A stretch of 59,185 nt of DNA, the filler included, from Squatina squatina (taxonomy: Eukaryota), in NCBI GenBank assembly GCA_031763465.1. It is 3 parts of 3 records of this genome, joined end to end, with 100 filler letters (N's around TTAATTAATTAA, not from the genome) between each part and the next. Parts side by side here need not be neighbours in the genome. Positions count along the whole stretch, not along the records: positions 1 to 24,185 come from JARFOE010000007.1; 2 more parts are not named here. One strand, given 5' to 3'. Made by a program: the position numbers and the translations under genes. Each line of letters opens with the position of its first letter. Position 1 is the first letter of the stretch. Positions 1 through 12,409 of the stretch are shown piece by piece. The notes beneath the pieces were generated by a model. It was not told the DNA's origin, did not search any database, and was given only the letters and a program-made list of their open reading frames with translations.

Positions 1-128
1 CCTACATGTTGAAAGCAAGTCGTGATGGGGTGGGGGTCGGGGCGCAGTCGCGGCGGGCCAGTGTTTTCCCTCCAGTCTCCTAAATCTAGAGTTGTAGATG
101 CATAGTCTAACTCTGTTTTTGTTTCCAG

Positions 129-277
129 GATTTGATTGCAGATGTGGAAACCTGTTCTGTGGATTACATCGTTATTCTGATAAGCACAGTTGTCCTTATG
201 ATTACAAAGCTGACGCTGCTGAAAAAATAAGGAAAGAAAATCCTGTTGTAGTTGGAGAGAAGATCCAGAAGATTTGA
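129..277 (+). CDS. ZFAND6: Last coding exon of AN1-type zinc finger protein 6 (AN1 zinc finger C-terminus)
   Basis: Acceptor ttccag at 128, phase-1 exon reading (G)[51 protein letters not shown]. The C-terminal ADAAEK and VGEKIQKI match ZFAND6, and the position upstream of ARNT2 supports ZFAND6 over ZFAND5. Absent from the ORF track. Confidence 0.88.
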
Positions 278-870
278 ACTGCTACTTACATTAAATTTTT
301 TTCTTTTAAACCACGTGAACCTAATTAAACAGCGGAGAGGATAAGCTGAGCTTTGTAGTTCATTCTGGGGATTTGGAGCATTGTACTTGCAGAGATCTTT
401 AAATCATGCATGCACAAACAATAGAATCTTGAGAACTGACTGAAAAGTTCTTTCACTTTTCTTTGAACATTCTGTGGTTGGAAAATTACTGCATAATTTA
501 GGACAAGTCCATTTTACAGCCATTTTAATCTTAGTTAAGTGTCGGGCTTATTTAAAAAAAAAAGAGGTATTGGAAGGCTGTGCTTTTCCAATATTACATG
601 CATGTTTCAATTTTGCATTTCTTCCTTTTGTGTATGTGGCCTTTCTTTGTAGCATGATTTTCTAACATGGCAGTGTCACAAATGGGCCATCAGTAACTGA
701 ATGTATGCTAATCACTGCTTCGTTCCATTCATGAGAAGGCCCCATGTCTTGGCATCCTAGCTTGTTTGCTGCTCCATCTCATTGATTATTTATGTACTTA
801 AACAAGTGTATGCGGTTTCTGATTTTATAGTATGTATCCTGAATGGAAAATGCCTATATGCACTTCAATG
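278..870 (+). other. ZFAND6: Probable ZFAND6 3' UTR (truncated by gap)
   Basis: Unique AT-rich sequence directly after the stop codon, with no recognisable repeat. Confidence 0.6.
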
Positions 871-970
871 NNNNNNNNNNNNNNNNNNNNNNNNNNNNNN
901 NNNNNNNNNNNNNNNNNNNNNNNNNNNNNNNNNNNNNNNNNNNNNNNNNNNNNNNNNNNNNNNNNNNNNN

Positions 971-1245
971 TGAGGGTTGCTAGGAAGTGCCGTCTTTCCA
1001 ATAAAATGTTAACCTGAGCCCTCTCAGGTTCTTCCTGGTGTCCTGGCTAATATTTATCCATCAGCCAATGCCTAAAGATAAATTATCTGGTCATTGTTGC
1101 ATTGCTGTTTGTGGGAACTTGCTGTGCACAAATTAGCTGCTGCATATTCTACATTACAACAGTGACTACACTTCAGAAGTACTTCATTGGCTGTAAAGCA
1201 TTGTGGGCCATTATGAGGTTGTAAAAGTTGCAAATCTTTCTTTTA
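971..1245 (+). mobile_element. Deu-domain (SacSINE1-like) SINE, 3' part
   Basis: Contains cattgctgtttgtgggaacttgctgtgcacaaattagctg...gtgactacacttcagaagtacttcattggctgtaaagc, which recurs at least eight times in the window. Confidence 0.75.
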
Positions 1246-2708
1246 TTTTTCTTTCTCTTCTGGCAGCTTCTTTTGCTCTGTGGCATCTACCTTGCTGCTC
1301 CCCTCATCTTCTATTCACAAAGGCAGTCCTGCTGGACCACCCATGTTGGGAGCCAGACTAATTCTGAGGCAAAGAGCAACAACGGTGCAAAAGCAGTAAT
1401 ACCTCTCTCTGTATGGACAAAGTGAACTTTTCAGAGTGATAGAACACAGCAAAAAACACCTAGAAATCAAGCAGTAGCCAGAAATACTAAACCAGCAATT
1501 AACTTGTAAGTACGCCATAATGCCTTTAAATAACGCTGTCGAGGGGGCCTTCCAGTTAGCACCACATTGCGCCGAGGGAGGTCAGCGTGTGGTAAGTGAA
1601 TCGCTGGGGTGGTCCAAAATGGAAATCGGGTCTTGCAAGAATTTAAATACAGAATGCTACCGGCGTGTGCGCCTGACGCCAGCACAAGCTCCAAGATTGC
1701 TGCTGGCACATTCCTAGCTGGAAGAGTGCGCGAGTGCTTCCTACCCACCAAATTGAGGAATTCGTGGGCCGTTTAGCACCTGAGAAATTTCTGATACACA
1801 GAATAATTTTTGTTGGCACTCTATAACTCCTCAGGAGGTAAACTGGGTGACCAGAACTGCACCAGCACTCCAGGCAAGGTCTGACCAATGCCTTTGTCAA
1901 CAACAATGCAAGCCCTTTCACTTGAAGTTCATCATTCCTTTACTAATGTAACCCAGGAGCTCATTTGCCTTTATTACACATTGGCAGGGGGAAAAAAAAG
2001 AGTTCAGATCAGGTTAGTGGAGGGAGTAGGGAAGAAGTGGCTGACAGGATGTGGCCATTCTTTCACCAGTGCACAAGCCATCCACGGAAGCTCAACAAAG
2101 AAGCGGGCAGAGGTCGATTTACAAATCCACACAGTGGTGCTTGATATTGTGCATCATGTTGCTGTGCATCATGTTGCTGAACAGAATGTCATTGGCTAAA
2201 AGTATGCACTCCACTGAGCATTATTTCCACTGGGAATTTGTGTGTAGATCCCCAACCAATGCATATCAAGTAATGGAAATCTCTTTTTCATCTTCGCAAA
2301 CTGCTAGGTCCAGATACCATGGTAACTGTTCTTATTAATGGACCTCAAAGCAGTTTTATTCCCAAGGGTCAGAAGAAAGGTACAAGACATTGCCTCTGAT
2401 TGGTGGAGCAGTCTTGATGTCATGTTTGGTCCACAGCGGAATCAAGACATAAGTGGCATTGAGATAGCTGAGCCATTTACACGCCAGCACCTTAAGTACA
2501 AATTAGTATTCTGTCAATAAAGCTGATTAAATCCTTAAGCAAAGCATGTACAACTGATCACACAACTGATACAACATAAAATACATCGCACATAGCAAGC
2601 CTGGAGTNNNNNNNNNNCTTGTGAAATCCGTTAATCCAGAGATTTATCTTTGTTTCTAAGCACGTTTTTTAAAAGTAGAATTAATTACTAAATAAGTATA
2701 CAAGGAAA

Positions 2709-2812
2709 ATGGAAGGGCAAGTACAGAAAGTGGTTAAAAAAGCATACGGGATCCTGGGCTTCATAAACAGAGGCATAGAGTACAAAAGCGAGGAAGTTAT
2801 GAAGAAACTTTA
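2709..2812 (+). mobile_element. CR1 LINE ORF2 fragment (downstream of RT)
   Basis: Translation KVVKKAYGILGFINRGIEYKSEEVM is typical of the CR1 ORF2 C-terminal region. Confidence 0.75.
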
Positions 2813-3457
2813 TGTAATGTCTGCACCTTTTAGCATGCTCAATGGGCTGGNNNNNNNNNNNNNNNNNNNNNNNNNNNNNNNNNNNNNNNNNNNNNNNNNN
2901 NNNNNNNNNNNNNNNNNNNNNNNNNNNNNNNNNNNNNNNNNNNNNNNNNNTTCAGTATATTGCAAAGACAGGCACAGTAACCATCATACAAGTAAGGCTT
3001 CTTCAGTGTTCTGTCATGTTGCTTTTTGCCGTTAAGTGTTGTAAGATATATAAATGTGATGATTATGCATATTGAATTACCTTTGTGCTCTAATGGAACC
3101 TGATTATGTTTCCTTTTAAAGGAGTAAAGAAGTACAATACTATCGGTGTTTCTGTGAGCATATAACTTGAGGAATTTTGGTATCTAGGTTGATGTATTGT
3201 CTGAGTTCAATGTTGAATCAGATCCTTTAATAGAATATTGTGCAATATCACTTTTCACAATGTATAGAGGTATTATTAAAATTACTTCATGTAGCATGCA
3301 GGTTTTGGTGTATTGTTACCTGTCGAAGAGATTTTATGGGTTCATTGTAATAACTTCCTGACCTCTGGTGACTATCTTAAATATCCCCAAAAAACATTTT
3401 GATAAATTTTTAATGTAGATTCCAGATGTGAATGTTGCAAACACCACACTCAATACA

Positions 3458-3850
3458 TCAGCTTGACTCAGTCATTAGCGCGCGTGCTTCTGAGTCAGAA
3501 GCTTGTGGGTTCAAGGCCCACTCCAAGGCATGAGCACATAGTGTAGGCTGACTTTTCAGTTATAGTACTGATGGAGTGCTACATTGCCAGAAGTCCTTTG
3601 AATGTTGTTAAACTGAAGTTTTGCCCACCTGACCCTGTGGTTCAGGTGGCATTATTGGAAGAGGTGCAGGGAGTTTTCCTGTCATCCAACATTCCTCCCT
3701 TAAACAATTCCACCAAAAACTGATTATTTTGCTATTCCTCTCGTTGCTTTTTTGTGGTTTTTCCTACATAAGTCAGAGCATTCAGTTATTCATTATACGT
3801 GAAGCTGTTTGAGAGATGTGATGTGGTGCTGTATAAATGCAGGGTTTTTT
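3458..3850 (+). mobile_element. Near full-length Deu-domain SINE with tRNA-like head
   Basis: Head cagcttgactcagtc...gagtcagaagcttgtgggttcaaggcccactcc (A/B-box-like), central domain and tail gtgctgtataaatgcag. Confidence 0.7.
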
Positions 3851-5521
3851 TTAACCTCCTTCCGTGAACTGCTCTCGAAGCAAGGGTTTGCATTTTTAAA
3901 ATTCTCCATTTGGTTTAATTTTTGAGGTGGTTTACAATACTGTACTAAAAATAAAATAGATTAAATATGCACACAGAAGGTGCAGTGTATGGCCTATCTG
4001 TTGAGTTATAGACGGTTACTATCAATGACAGCCATCACAGTTCAGTGCACATTCGATTTTCCCGAAGGCAATTCTGCTGGTCACGTAGAATAATGATCTG
4101 ATCTAAAAATCAAAATATCATGTATTTANNNNNNNNNNTGTATTTAAAAAAAAAATTAACAGTTCCTAGAATTTATTTTGGTGGAAGGCCAGTGTAATGT
4201 AAAAATAAACCAGTTCAGTCTAGGATGTGTTTCGAGTTCAATTGTTGAAATAAATGAGAGTATGTAGTGTGTGAGGAGAGAGCGCATTTGTCGGTATTTT
4301 TGTAAAATGGAAAACGTTGGTTGTGCAGAATTATGAAAATCAATAATTGTTTGCTTTTTTAAATTATGTTGTTTACATGCTTCATTTATATAGGGAATTA
4401 GGCATTATGAAGTAAGTACTATATACATAAGGAATATGCAAATAATTTTTTAGAATGAATTAATGAGTTTAATTTCAGTTACACAATTTTGTGTAGTGCT
4501 TTTCATTTTAGAAAACAAAAATCAGCTCAGTGGTCAGTTACAAATTTCAGAGCTGCTGTAGATATTCTCACGCCGTTTACGGTCTGGAGTTAACTTGCAA
4601 TACCCAATATCTATCTATATGATAGAGTAAACCAGGGGATGAAACAACGTGTCCTCCTTGTCATACAGACTGGACAGCGTGTACTTGCACACGCATTTCC
4701 CCAATCTTTCAGTAGGTGGAAGTGATGAGCCCTCTGTTAAGACAGTAAATGATAAATCAAGAAGCTGGTTTATTCTGCAGCATATGAATGACTGAACAAA
4801 AGTAGCAACTCTAGACTGTTGAACAACTAAAACGATTCTTGTAACAACATAAAACAACAAAGAATATATTGTAGTATCCCGAATAGCAAATGGGATATTC
4901 ACTTTGTTTTATTTTCTTATGGGTTAGCTTTTAGCTGGGAAAACTGACCCATTCAGAATTCCCAGGTCAGGCCAAGACCTGCTTTCTAGCAGCCTTCATT
5001 TGACCTGGCTGAACCCCTCCATTTCTTTTTCTCACTTTTCTGTTGATTCTGACCCCAGGAAGCAGAATCTTCCCAGATCCCCCTGCAGCTGCCCCTGCTG
5101 AGCTCAAATGAATCGAGTCATCTCAACTAGGATAGGAGTGACTGATGACTGAAATGTCAAAACTAACTTTCATTNNNNNNNNNNNNNNNNNNNNNNNNNN
5201 NNNNNNNNNNNNNNNNNNNNNNNNNNNNNNNNNNNNNNNNNNNNNNNNNNNNNNNNNNNNNNNNNNNNNNNNNNGTCTGAGTTCTAATCTATATATCCAA
5301 GCCCTGCTGTCCTCTTAATTTAACCTTTTTGAGAGCTCACTTTAACTCAGTATTTTTAACATTTATTACACCAAGGCCTTTCCATGGCCGTGTAGTCAGA
5401 AATCCTGAAACGTGGCGGTGTCACAGGAAATCATTTACTGGCAGCTGTAACTGGATTGTTTTCCATTTCTGGATTTTCCTTTTATAGCTTATCAATATTA
5501 TAATTGATACTTTATCTGCAG

Positions 5522-5735
5522 AGAGAATCACAGTGAAATTGAGAGACGGCGTCGAAACAAGATGACCGCCTACATCACAGAATTGTCCGACATGGTGCCA
5601 ACGTGCAGTGCTTTAGCACGCAAGCCTGATAAACTGACCATTCTTCGCATGGCTGTGTCTCATATGAAGTCTTTAAGGGGAACAGGAAATACTTCCACTG
5701 ATGGTGCCTACAAGCCTTCGTTCCTAACAGAAAAG
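5522..5735 (+). CDS. ARNT2: ARNT2 bHLH exon (about exon 4)
   Basis: ctgcag acceptor and gttagt donor, 214 nt. [71 protein letters not shown]. Confidence 0.93.
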
Positions 5736-6029
5736 GTTAGTGTTAGGATTAGAAATTCTATTAAGTTAGGGGGTGAATCCTGAAGCAACGAAGTGAACAA
5801 CCATTATTTACTTTTCACACTTTTCAATCTAGTCATCTGTATCTGTTTAGTTAAGCACAATGTAAACTCAACATAGCATGCTTTTCAAATTGTATCACTT
5901 TAGTTAGAATTAAATTTAGTACTCTTTTATGTAATGAAAATAGTGGCCAGCCAGTAAAGTCCCAGGTTCTATTCCTGGTCTGTGATGAGTTGCTGATCTC
6001 ATCCAATGATGAATGGAGGAGCCAATGTG

Positions 6030-6185
6030 GCCAACTGTATCAAATGCTGCAGAAAGGTTGAGAAGAATAAGCAGGGACAACGTGTCACAGTCATCCCTAT
6101 AGAGCGTGACGTTGGCCAGGGCTGCCATAGTCCTGTGAGAAGAGCAGAAACTGGGATGGAGGGATTTGAACAAAGGTTTTGTGAG
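6030..6185 (-). mobile_element. L2-type LINE reverse transcriptase fragment
   Basis: LFKSLHPSFCSSHRT...LSLLILLNLSAAFDTVGH resembles the RT motif QSGFR..HSTETAL...LLDLSAAFDTV. Confidence 0.7.
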
Positions 6186-8135
6186 CGGTGGATATGTAGC
6201 TGGAAGGCAATGGCACCTACAGATTGTGGCCTCCACACACTGTTGCAGTGGTCTGGCACAGGGTCACACTATTGAGCAGCTTGCTTCTTTAGAAAGTTTG
6301 TCTTGGTATTGTGATCCTGGATGCTGTGTGACCAGCTTCAGTCCCAAACACTGCTCTCGAGTGTCAGTTTTTCAGTGTATTCCATCTCATATTTATTTTG
6401 GTTTCTGTTGTTTAATTATTTGGTGGTATTTGTCATCAATTCAAACTGGTTGTGTAAAAAATGTTCTTCATCTTGTAGAAGTAGTCACCCTGAACACACT
6501 GCAGGCATTTGGGGAAAGTTAGAAGGAAATCCTTGCATGTTGGGATATCATGAGTACCGATAAGCATGCTGGTGCAGCACATAGTTCTCACTAAAACTCT
6601 GCTGCCACCCTTGAACAAGATCTGACAAAGAAGCAGACCAAACACACTGATTGATGTGCCAATGTGCTCAGTTAGATGGCTTAACAGCCCTCGAGGGAAC
6701 CCTGATGTCAGGAAAGTTGTCTCCTTTATCATTATTTGTGTGGCCCACCAAATGCCAAGGAAACACTTAATAGAAGGCCTGTTCTTTGTGAAACTAATGG
6801 GAACCGAGCAGTTCTAGTATCTGATGTGTGTCTGTCCAGTTGAATGACACCTTGCGAAAAGGTCCAAGTGACTTGAGTGGGGGAGTTTTATTGGTCCTGT
6901 CCCGTGGGTTTCCTCCAGGATCGCTGAAGTATGTAACGCCATTGCTTGGCAGTTTCCAGAAATTTCCATGTGGTTCGGGAAGAGCTAGAACAAGGTTTAA
7001 AGGGAGCTACAATGAGTTTCTAAAGTACCTTCAAATGCTTAGAGCGAGCTTTTTTTTAAACATTTAACCTTTCTTAACCTTCGAGAGAGCTGAATGGTTT
7101 ATTTTTGAATCAAAACAAAAGTAAAAATCCTGTAAAGCGCATCACAGCTGTTAGTTTAGTGTCTAAATGCAGAGAAAAGTGCAGTAATCCAGCACAGTCC
7201 TGTCATCACTTTCAAATTCTCTATTAGAAGTTCCATGTAATTTAGTTTAAATAGCATAAGAGAGACTCTTTGTACATCACCAGCCCGCCCCGTGATCTCA
7301 GTGTTATTGCTATCGTGTGCGCGCCGAAGGTTTGATGTCCACGGAACATTTTCATACACCAATCTCAGAACAGCACCAGCATCCTGGAAACTAACTTAAG
7401 GGCCGGTACCTGGTGTATCATTCTTTCATACGTCTCCACCAGGTCGCCTCTAAGTCTGTGTAAATAGTCCCAGCTCTTTAAACCTATCTGAGGAACTAAG
7501 GTGCTTTAAGCAAGGTATCATTCTTGTAGCTCTCCCCTGAACTACTTCCAAGGCCACTATTATCACTCACCATGTGAGGGGACCAAAACTGGGTGCAGTA
7601 CTCCATAAGCAGTCGAACCAACAACCTGTATAATGATGTCCTTTGATCTGAACATGTGCCACTAGCTCACCAGCTTTATTTTGTGCATTTACATACCCAC
7701 AACCTCAGTTTGTTTCCCAATGGTACTTCTGGCCCTTTCCCCATCTGAAAACAATTTGACAACCTCTTGGGAATTGACTTCTCTGTGGTGCCTCTTGCCT
7801 GCTGCCTGATCCTTCTGTTTCACAGCCACTCACTGTGGCTATCAACTCTGTCGCATCAGTGCACTGCTCTTGGACCTGACCATTCACGAAGCTGGACCTG
7901 TAATTCCAGGACTGATCAAGGGAAGTCATTTTTACCTCCACCGCTTGGGCAGTAAACTGCCTGCTCATTATAGAAACCACCTGATTGTTACTCCCATTGA
8001 TTTCATTCATTTCCTTCCTCCTGGCTTATATTTTTCACACCTGTTACTGTCCAATTATGCATCTGTTCTCCCGTTGACCAAAGATGAATCATTAGGTCAA
8101 TGTAAGAAAGCAGAGTGTGACAAGGAGACACCATA

Positions 8136-8383
8136 GGGTAGATTTTAGTCCTTACTGCCTTTATTGCCGTTAAGCATTGTCTGCGGGGAGCGCATAAAAG
8201 AAAATCTGGCTTGGAGGATGCTTGCCCTTACAGAACTTGCTGGGTTTTCCTTCCTTTAACTTCAACAGAAGGGAAATCAGCTGGAATCTGTTACCAGCAT
8301 GAGATCCTCTCCACCAGAATTTTCTCTCAGTGCTCCACCCAGATGATACTTAACACTAAGCTGTAAAGTGGAATATCTACCCC
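8136..8383. mobile_element. Palindromic MITE
   Basis: Terminal inverted repeats gggtagatttt and aatatctaccc (10/11 complementary), with imperfectly complementary internal arms around a ttaacttcaa centre. Confidence 0.6.
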
Positions 8384-8739
8384 AGTGATAATTTTCCATG
8401 TGGACCAAAGACACTATTTAGCACAATCCAATGGATACAATCGGAACATTTATATCCATAAACAGAATGTTGGAAAACTGAGAGAAGAACAGGAGAGCTG
8501 TGTCTGCATAAAGCTGCTTGTAAGAAATGACATATAGACTGTGGATATCACAAAGACTGAAGTGTTAATGACCCCAAAAATATGCAAATATTTGGAGGAT
8601 ACTCTTACAATTTAGTGGTTCATGCAACCTTTGCTAATCCAGGATCAGTACTGGTACCAGAGGGACCCACTGTTCAAATGCCATGCAGTGAAGGTAAAGG
8701 TGGGTCACAGGAGATGGATACCACTAATTCATTGCCAGC

Positions 8740-8997
8740 ATCCACATCACTCTTGTAGTTCTTGCAATTTGATATACTGTATTCGCTGCTCACAATGNNN
8801 NNNNNNNAAACGCAGATTGTGTGACTGCTTTGCGGAACAACTCCATTCAGTCCGCGAGCGTGACTCCTGAGTTTTGTCACTTTAATTCTCCACTCCACTC
8901 CCACTTTAACCTCTCTGTCCTCAACCTCTTATACTGTTCCTCAAAGCTCAATGCAAGCTCGAGGAACAGCACCGCATCTTTCGATTAGACACTTTGC
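8740..8997 (+). mobile_element. Penelope-like retroelement GIY-YIG endonuclease remnant
   Basis: SCNLIYCIRCSQ[gap]KRRLCDCFAEQLHSVR matches the PLE GIY-YIG region (..VYCIRC..YIGETKRRL.DRF.EH). Followed by gcaagctcgaggaacagcacc, typical of the ORF end. Confidence 0.75.
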
Positions 8998-9489
8998 AGG
9001 GGGGCCTAATTGGATTCAAAAAGTTAGCACCAATTGGGTGCGAAAATGTCATTAGTTTTCTAACGCCCGCTGGTGGTGATAGGTGCGCAGATCAGGGAAT
9101 TGGAGTGGCGTGTATTCCGGCATCAATCCGGCAAAGGAGGCTGGGTGTCAACGGTGTGGTTGCGGCAGCACAAGACAACGGTAATGTCATCAACTCGTGT
9201 AATGCCAGGTGGGCACCAGGTTCAGCAAATTGGTCAGTGGCTCTGATGTAAAACGGGGCGCTGCCAATGCCAGGTTTTTTTCAGCGGTGACACCCTGCAT
9301 CAGTCCTGAGTTGACGCTATTTAAAGTGGGCTGGATGTCGGCCATTNNNNNNNNNNNNNNNNNNNNNNNNNNNNNNNNNNNNNNNNNNNNNNNNNNNNNN
9401 NNNNNNNNNNNNNNNNNNNNNNNNNNNNNNNNNNNNNNNNNNNNNNCTTAATTTGACATCATTCCTTTTTGTTTCCCCTTAAAACATAG

Positions 9490-9592
9490 GCCGTATTCTG
9501 GATCTCAAGACTGGCACAGTTAAAAAGGAAGGGCAGCAATCTTCAATGAGAATGTGCATGGGATCCAGACGTTCCTTTATTTGTAGAATGAG
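9490..9592 (+). CDS. ARNT2: ARNT2 PAS-A exon (about exon 6)
   Basis: catag acceptor and gtaagg donor, 103 nt. (G)[33 protein letters not shown](R). Confidence 0.93.
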
Positions 9593-10109
9593 GTAAGGAC
9601 ATTGGCTGGCTAATATCATGAATAAAGTTTATCTTCCTCGAACTCTTTACGTAGCAGAACGATGAAGCTGGTTATCATAGGGTGTTTGTTTGACAAGTTC
9701 AGTGCAGGTATTTGTGGATTTTTGTAGCATGGATTCTAAGTGTATTGATTCTTTCGGAATGACATGTTTTCGTGTTTACCTTTGTTTATTTGTATGTATA
9801 ATCCAAAATTACAAAGGATTTCCTTGATATGACTTTTGTCCTCAGACTTCTATACAGAAAGCTTATAGAAAGAAACTTCCTACAAATAGGAATTCAAGTT
9901 GACCAAAAATACTCTCCCTCTCACACCCACTCAAATTCTTTCTTGAGTTTTTCCAAGTGATTTGAATTTTTCAGACTAATTTTTGTACATTCCCACTGAT
10001 TAAATTTTTAATTCAGGCAGCTGGCCAGAATCTATATTCATTATGTCAAACAAATGGAAGTTTGATAGTTTCTCATTTAACCACAACTTTGGCTGGCATC
10101 ATCTAAAAT

Positions 10110-10511
10110 CTGTGCCCATCTTTCCTGCAATTCCATTTTTGAATCCCTCCAATCCAGTTTTCACGTCTGCCACAGTACCAAAACGACTCTCATCAAAGAC
10201 TTAATGACATCATTTGTAACTGTGACAAAGGCACGCTATTCCTCTTCATCCGTCTTGACTTGTCTGCAGCCTTTGGCTCCATCCTTCCATCCTTCTCCAA
10301 AGCCTCTCCACTGTTGGTCAGCTGGGTGGGACTCTACTAGCCTGGTTCCATTCTTATCTCTCTAATCGTAGCCAGAGAATCACTGGCAACGGCTTCTCTT
10401 CCCGTCCCTTCATCGTTACCTCTGGTGTCCCCCAATGCTCTATCCTTGGCCCCCTCCTATTTCTCATCTACATGTTGCCCCTTGGCGACATCACCCAAAA
10501 ACACAGCAGCG
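10110..10511 (+). mobile_element. L2-type LINE RT fragment (degenerate)
   Basis: Remnants of FESLQS.F..CHST.T, LDLSAAF, WFHSYLSNRSQ and SGVPQ.S.LGPLLF motifs. Confidence 0.75.
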
Positions 10512-10659
10512 NNNNNNNNNNNNNNNNNNNNNNNNNNNNNNNNNNNNNNNNNNNNNNNNNNNNNNNNNNNNNNNNNNNNNNNNNNNNNNNNNNNNNNNNN
10601 NNNNNNNNNNNGATGGCGTGTGTTAATAAGAACAGCATGACATATTCTTTGTTTGGCAG

Positions 10660-10736
10660 GAATGACCATTCCAGAGGAGGAATCAGATGGTGGGCAAAGC
10701 AGTAAATTTTGCCTAGTGGCAATTGGGCGCCTTCAG
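10660..10736 (+). CDS. ARNT2: ARNT2 exon (about exon 9)
   Basis: ttggcag acceptor and gtact donor, 77 nt. (G)[25 protein letters not shown]. The GMTIPEE start is ARNT2-type. Confidence 0.92.
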
Positions 10737-12035
10737 GTACTTTAATCTAATGTTGAGGACTGTCATATGGTTGTATCTTTTCCATACAGAAGCCTCATCA
10801 ATTCTGCTTCATTTCAGACCACTACAAGAGCAAGCAAATATGCGATTTATATGTAACTTTGCACCAATTTTGTAAAGTAAACCTGTACTGCAGCACCCAA
10901 CTCTCCTCCCCTGTGATAGTGGGCATGTGTTTCCTGCTCTTCAGGTGGAGTAGAAAGTTCTGATAATGGAAGAGAGGAGCAATTTGGGAAAAGCAGGCAC
11001 TTACACCGACCCCAGCCCCCAGTTCTTGGGTTTCAAGAGCAGACCTTGTGTTAAATGGGGTGTTCGTTTTCATGTGATTTCTGTCCTCAGCAAACAATGT
11101 TTTCCAAGAAGCCCTGCACTTTCACATTGAAAGGAAAATGATCAACAACAATTTGAGATGAAATTTTGGTAATGTAGAAAACATATGAAATTCCTTTGTT
11201 TTTCAGTTGTCTCTAACACGCTATGCTGCACTGGGAAGTTAATATACCCCAAGACAGTGTTGTTTCAATGTTTTTGTTTTCTTTAATGCTATTTTCACAG
11301 TTGCAGATTGATTATGGTATTTTTTTCAAGGGTTGTTTTCAAAAATGTTCAACTTCTCGGATGCGGTTGATTCTGAATTAGAAACAGAATCTTAAATTTA
11401 ATTCCAGGCAGGTTTCTGGAACTCAGTTTTTCAGGAATCCTTTTAATGTGCAATTAATAAATACACATGAATGAGTTCTATTAATGGCTTAAGTATTACA
11501 TTTTAATCAGTAATGTTTACAGATTTATACTTTTATAAGTAAAAAATTCCTAACATGGGATCATGCAGCATAGCACATTCGGCCCATCGTGCCTGTGCCG
11601 GTTCTGTGAAAGAGTGATCCAATTAGTCCCACTGTCCCNNNNNNNNNNNNNNNNNNNNNNNNNNNNNNNNNNNNNNNNNNNNNNNNNNNNNNNNNNNNNN
11701 NNNNNNNNNNNNNNNNNNNNNNNNNNNNNNNNNNNNNNACACCTAAAGCTTTGAATGGGGCCCCTTAGAGGATACGACACACCCAGCATTTTCTCTGGAA
11801 TGTGTAATTAGAACTGCCCTGCCTATGTAACCAGTGACTTTGCAAAGTGTAATGCGAGCCTTTCTGACTGCCGACTCCAGACAGAATAAATATCACTTGG
11901 AATAGACAGGGCTCACACACATGGGCTAAGACCTTCTCCCAACCTCCAAACAAGTTCCTGCCCCCACTCCCCATTCACCAAGCATCTGATCTTCCCCCCA
12001 GCGCATGTTTCTTTTCTCCCCCCACCCCCCTCAAG

Positions 12036-12187
12036 GTTGTGAAATTGAAAGGGCAAGTCCTGTCAGTGATGTACCGCTTTCGAACAAAAAGCAGGGAGTG
12101 GTTATGGATAAGGACAAGCAGTTTTACTTTCCAGAATCCCTATTCAGACGAAATTGAATATATTATCTGCACCAACACCAATGTAAA
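12036..12187 (+). CDS. ARNT2: ARNT2 PAS-B/PAC exon (about exon 12)
   Basis: tcaag acceptor and gtaagt donor, 152 nt. [50 protein letters not shown](K). Confidence 0.93.
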
Positions 12188-12409
12188 GTAAGTGTCTACA
12201 ATTAAATAGTATGTTCACATATGATGTAGCCAAATTGAAATAGTCTGACGTGAATTAAAAATGTATCGTATTGGTTTAAAGCCTGTTGAGGTATGCAGGT
12301 TTGGTTCGATTTTAGCAGTGATTACATGAGAGCGGCTTCATTCGTCATGTATTGGGTGCTTATCTTCCATTACTGGACTTGCTTGGAGACAATCTGCTAG
12401 AATTTACTG

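Noticed and set aside
3458-3530. tRNA gene
   Set aside because: It is the tRNA-derived head of a SINE, and no intact cloverleaf is evident.
5522-5735. Calling the bHLH-PAS gene ARNT (ARNT1)
   Set aside because: The downstream exons and the ZFAND6/ABHD17C neighbours are ARNT2-specific.
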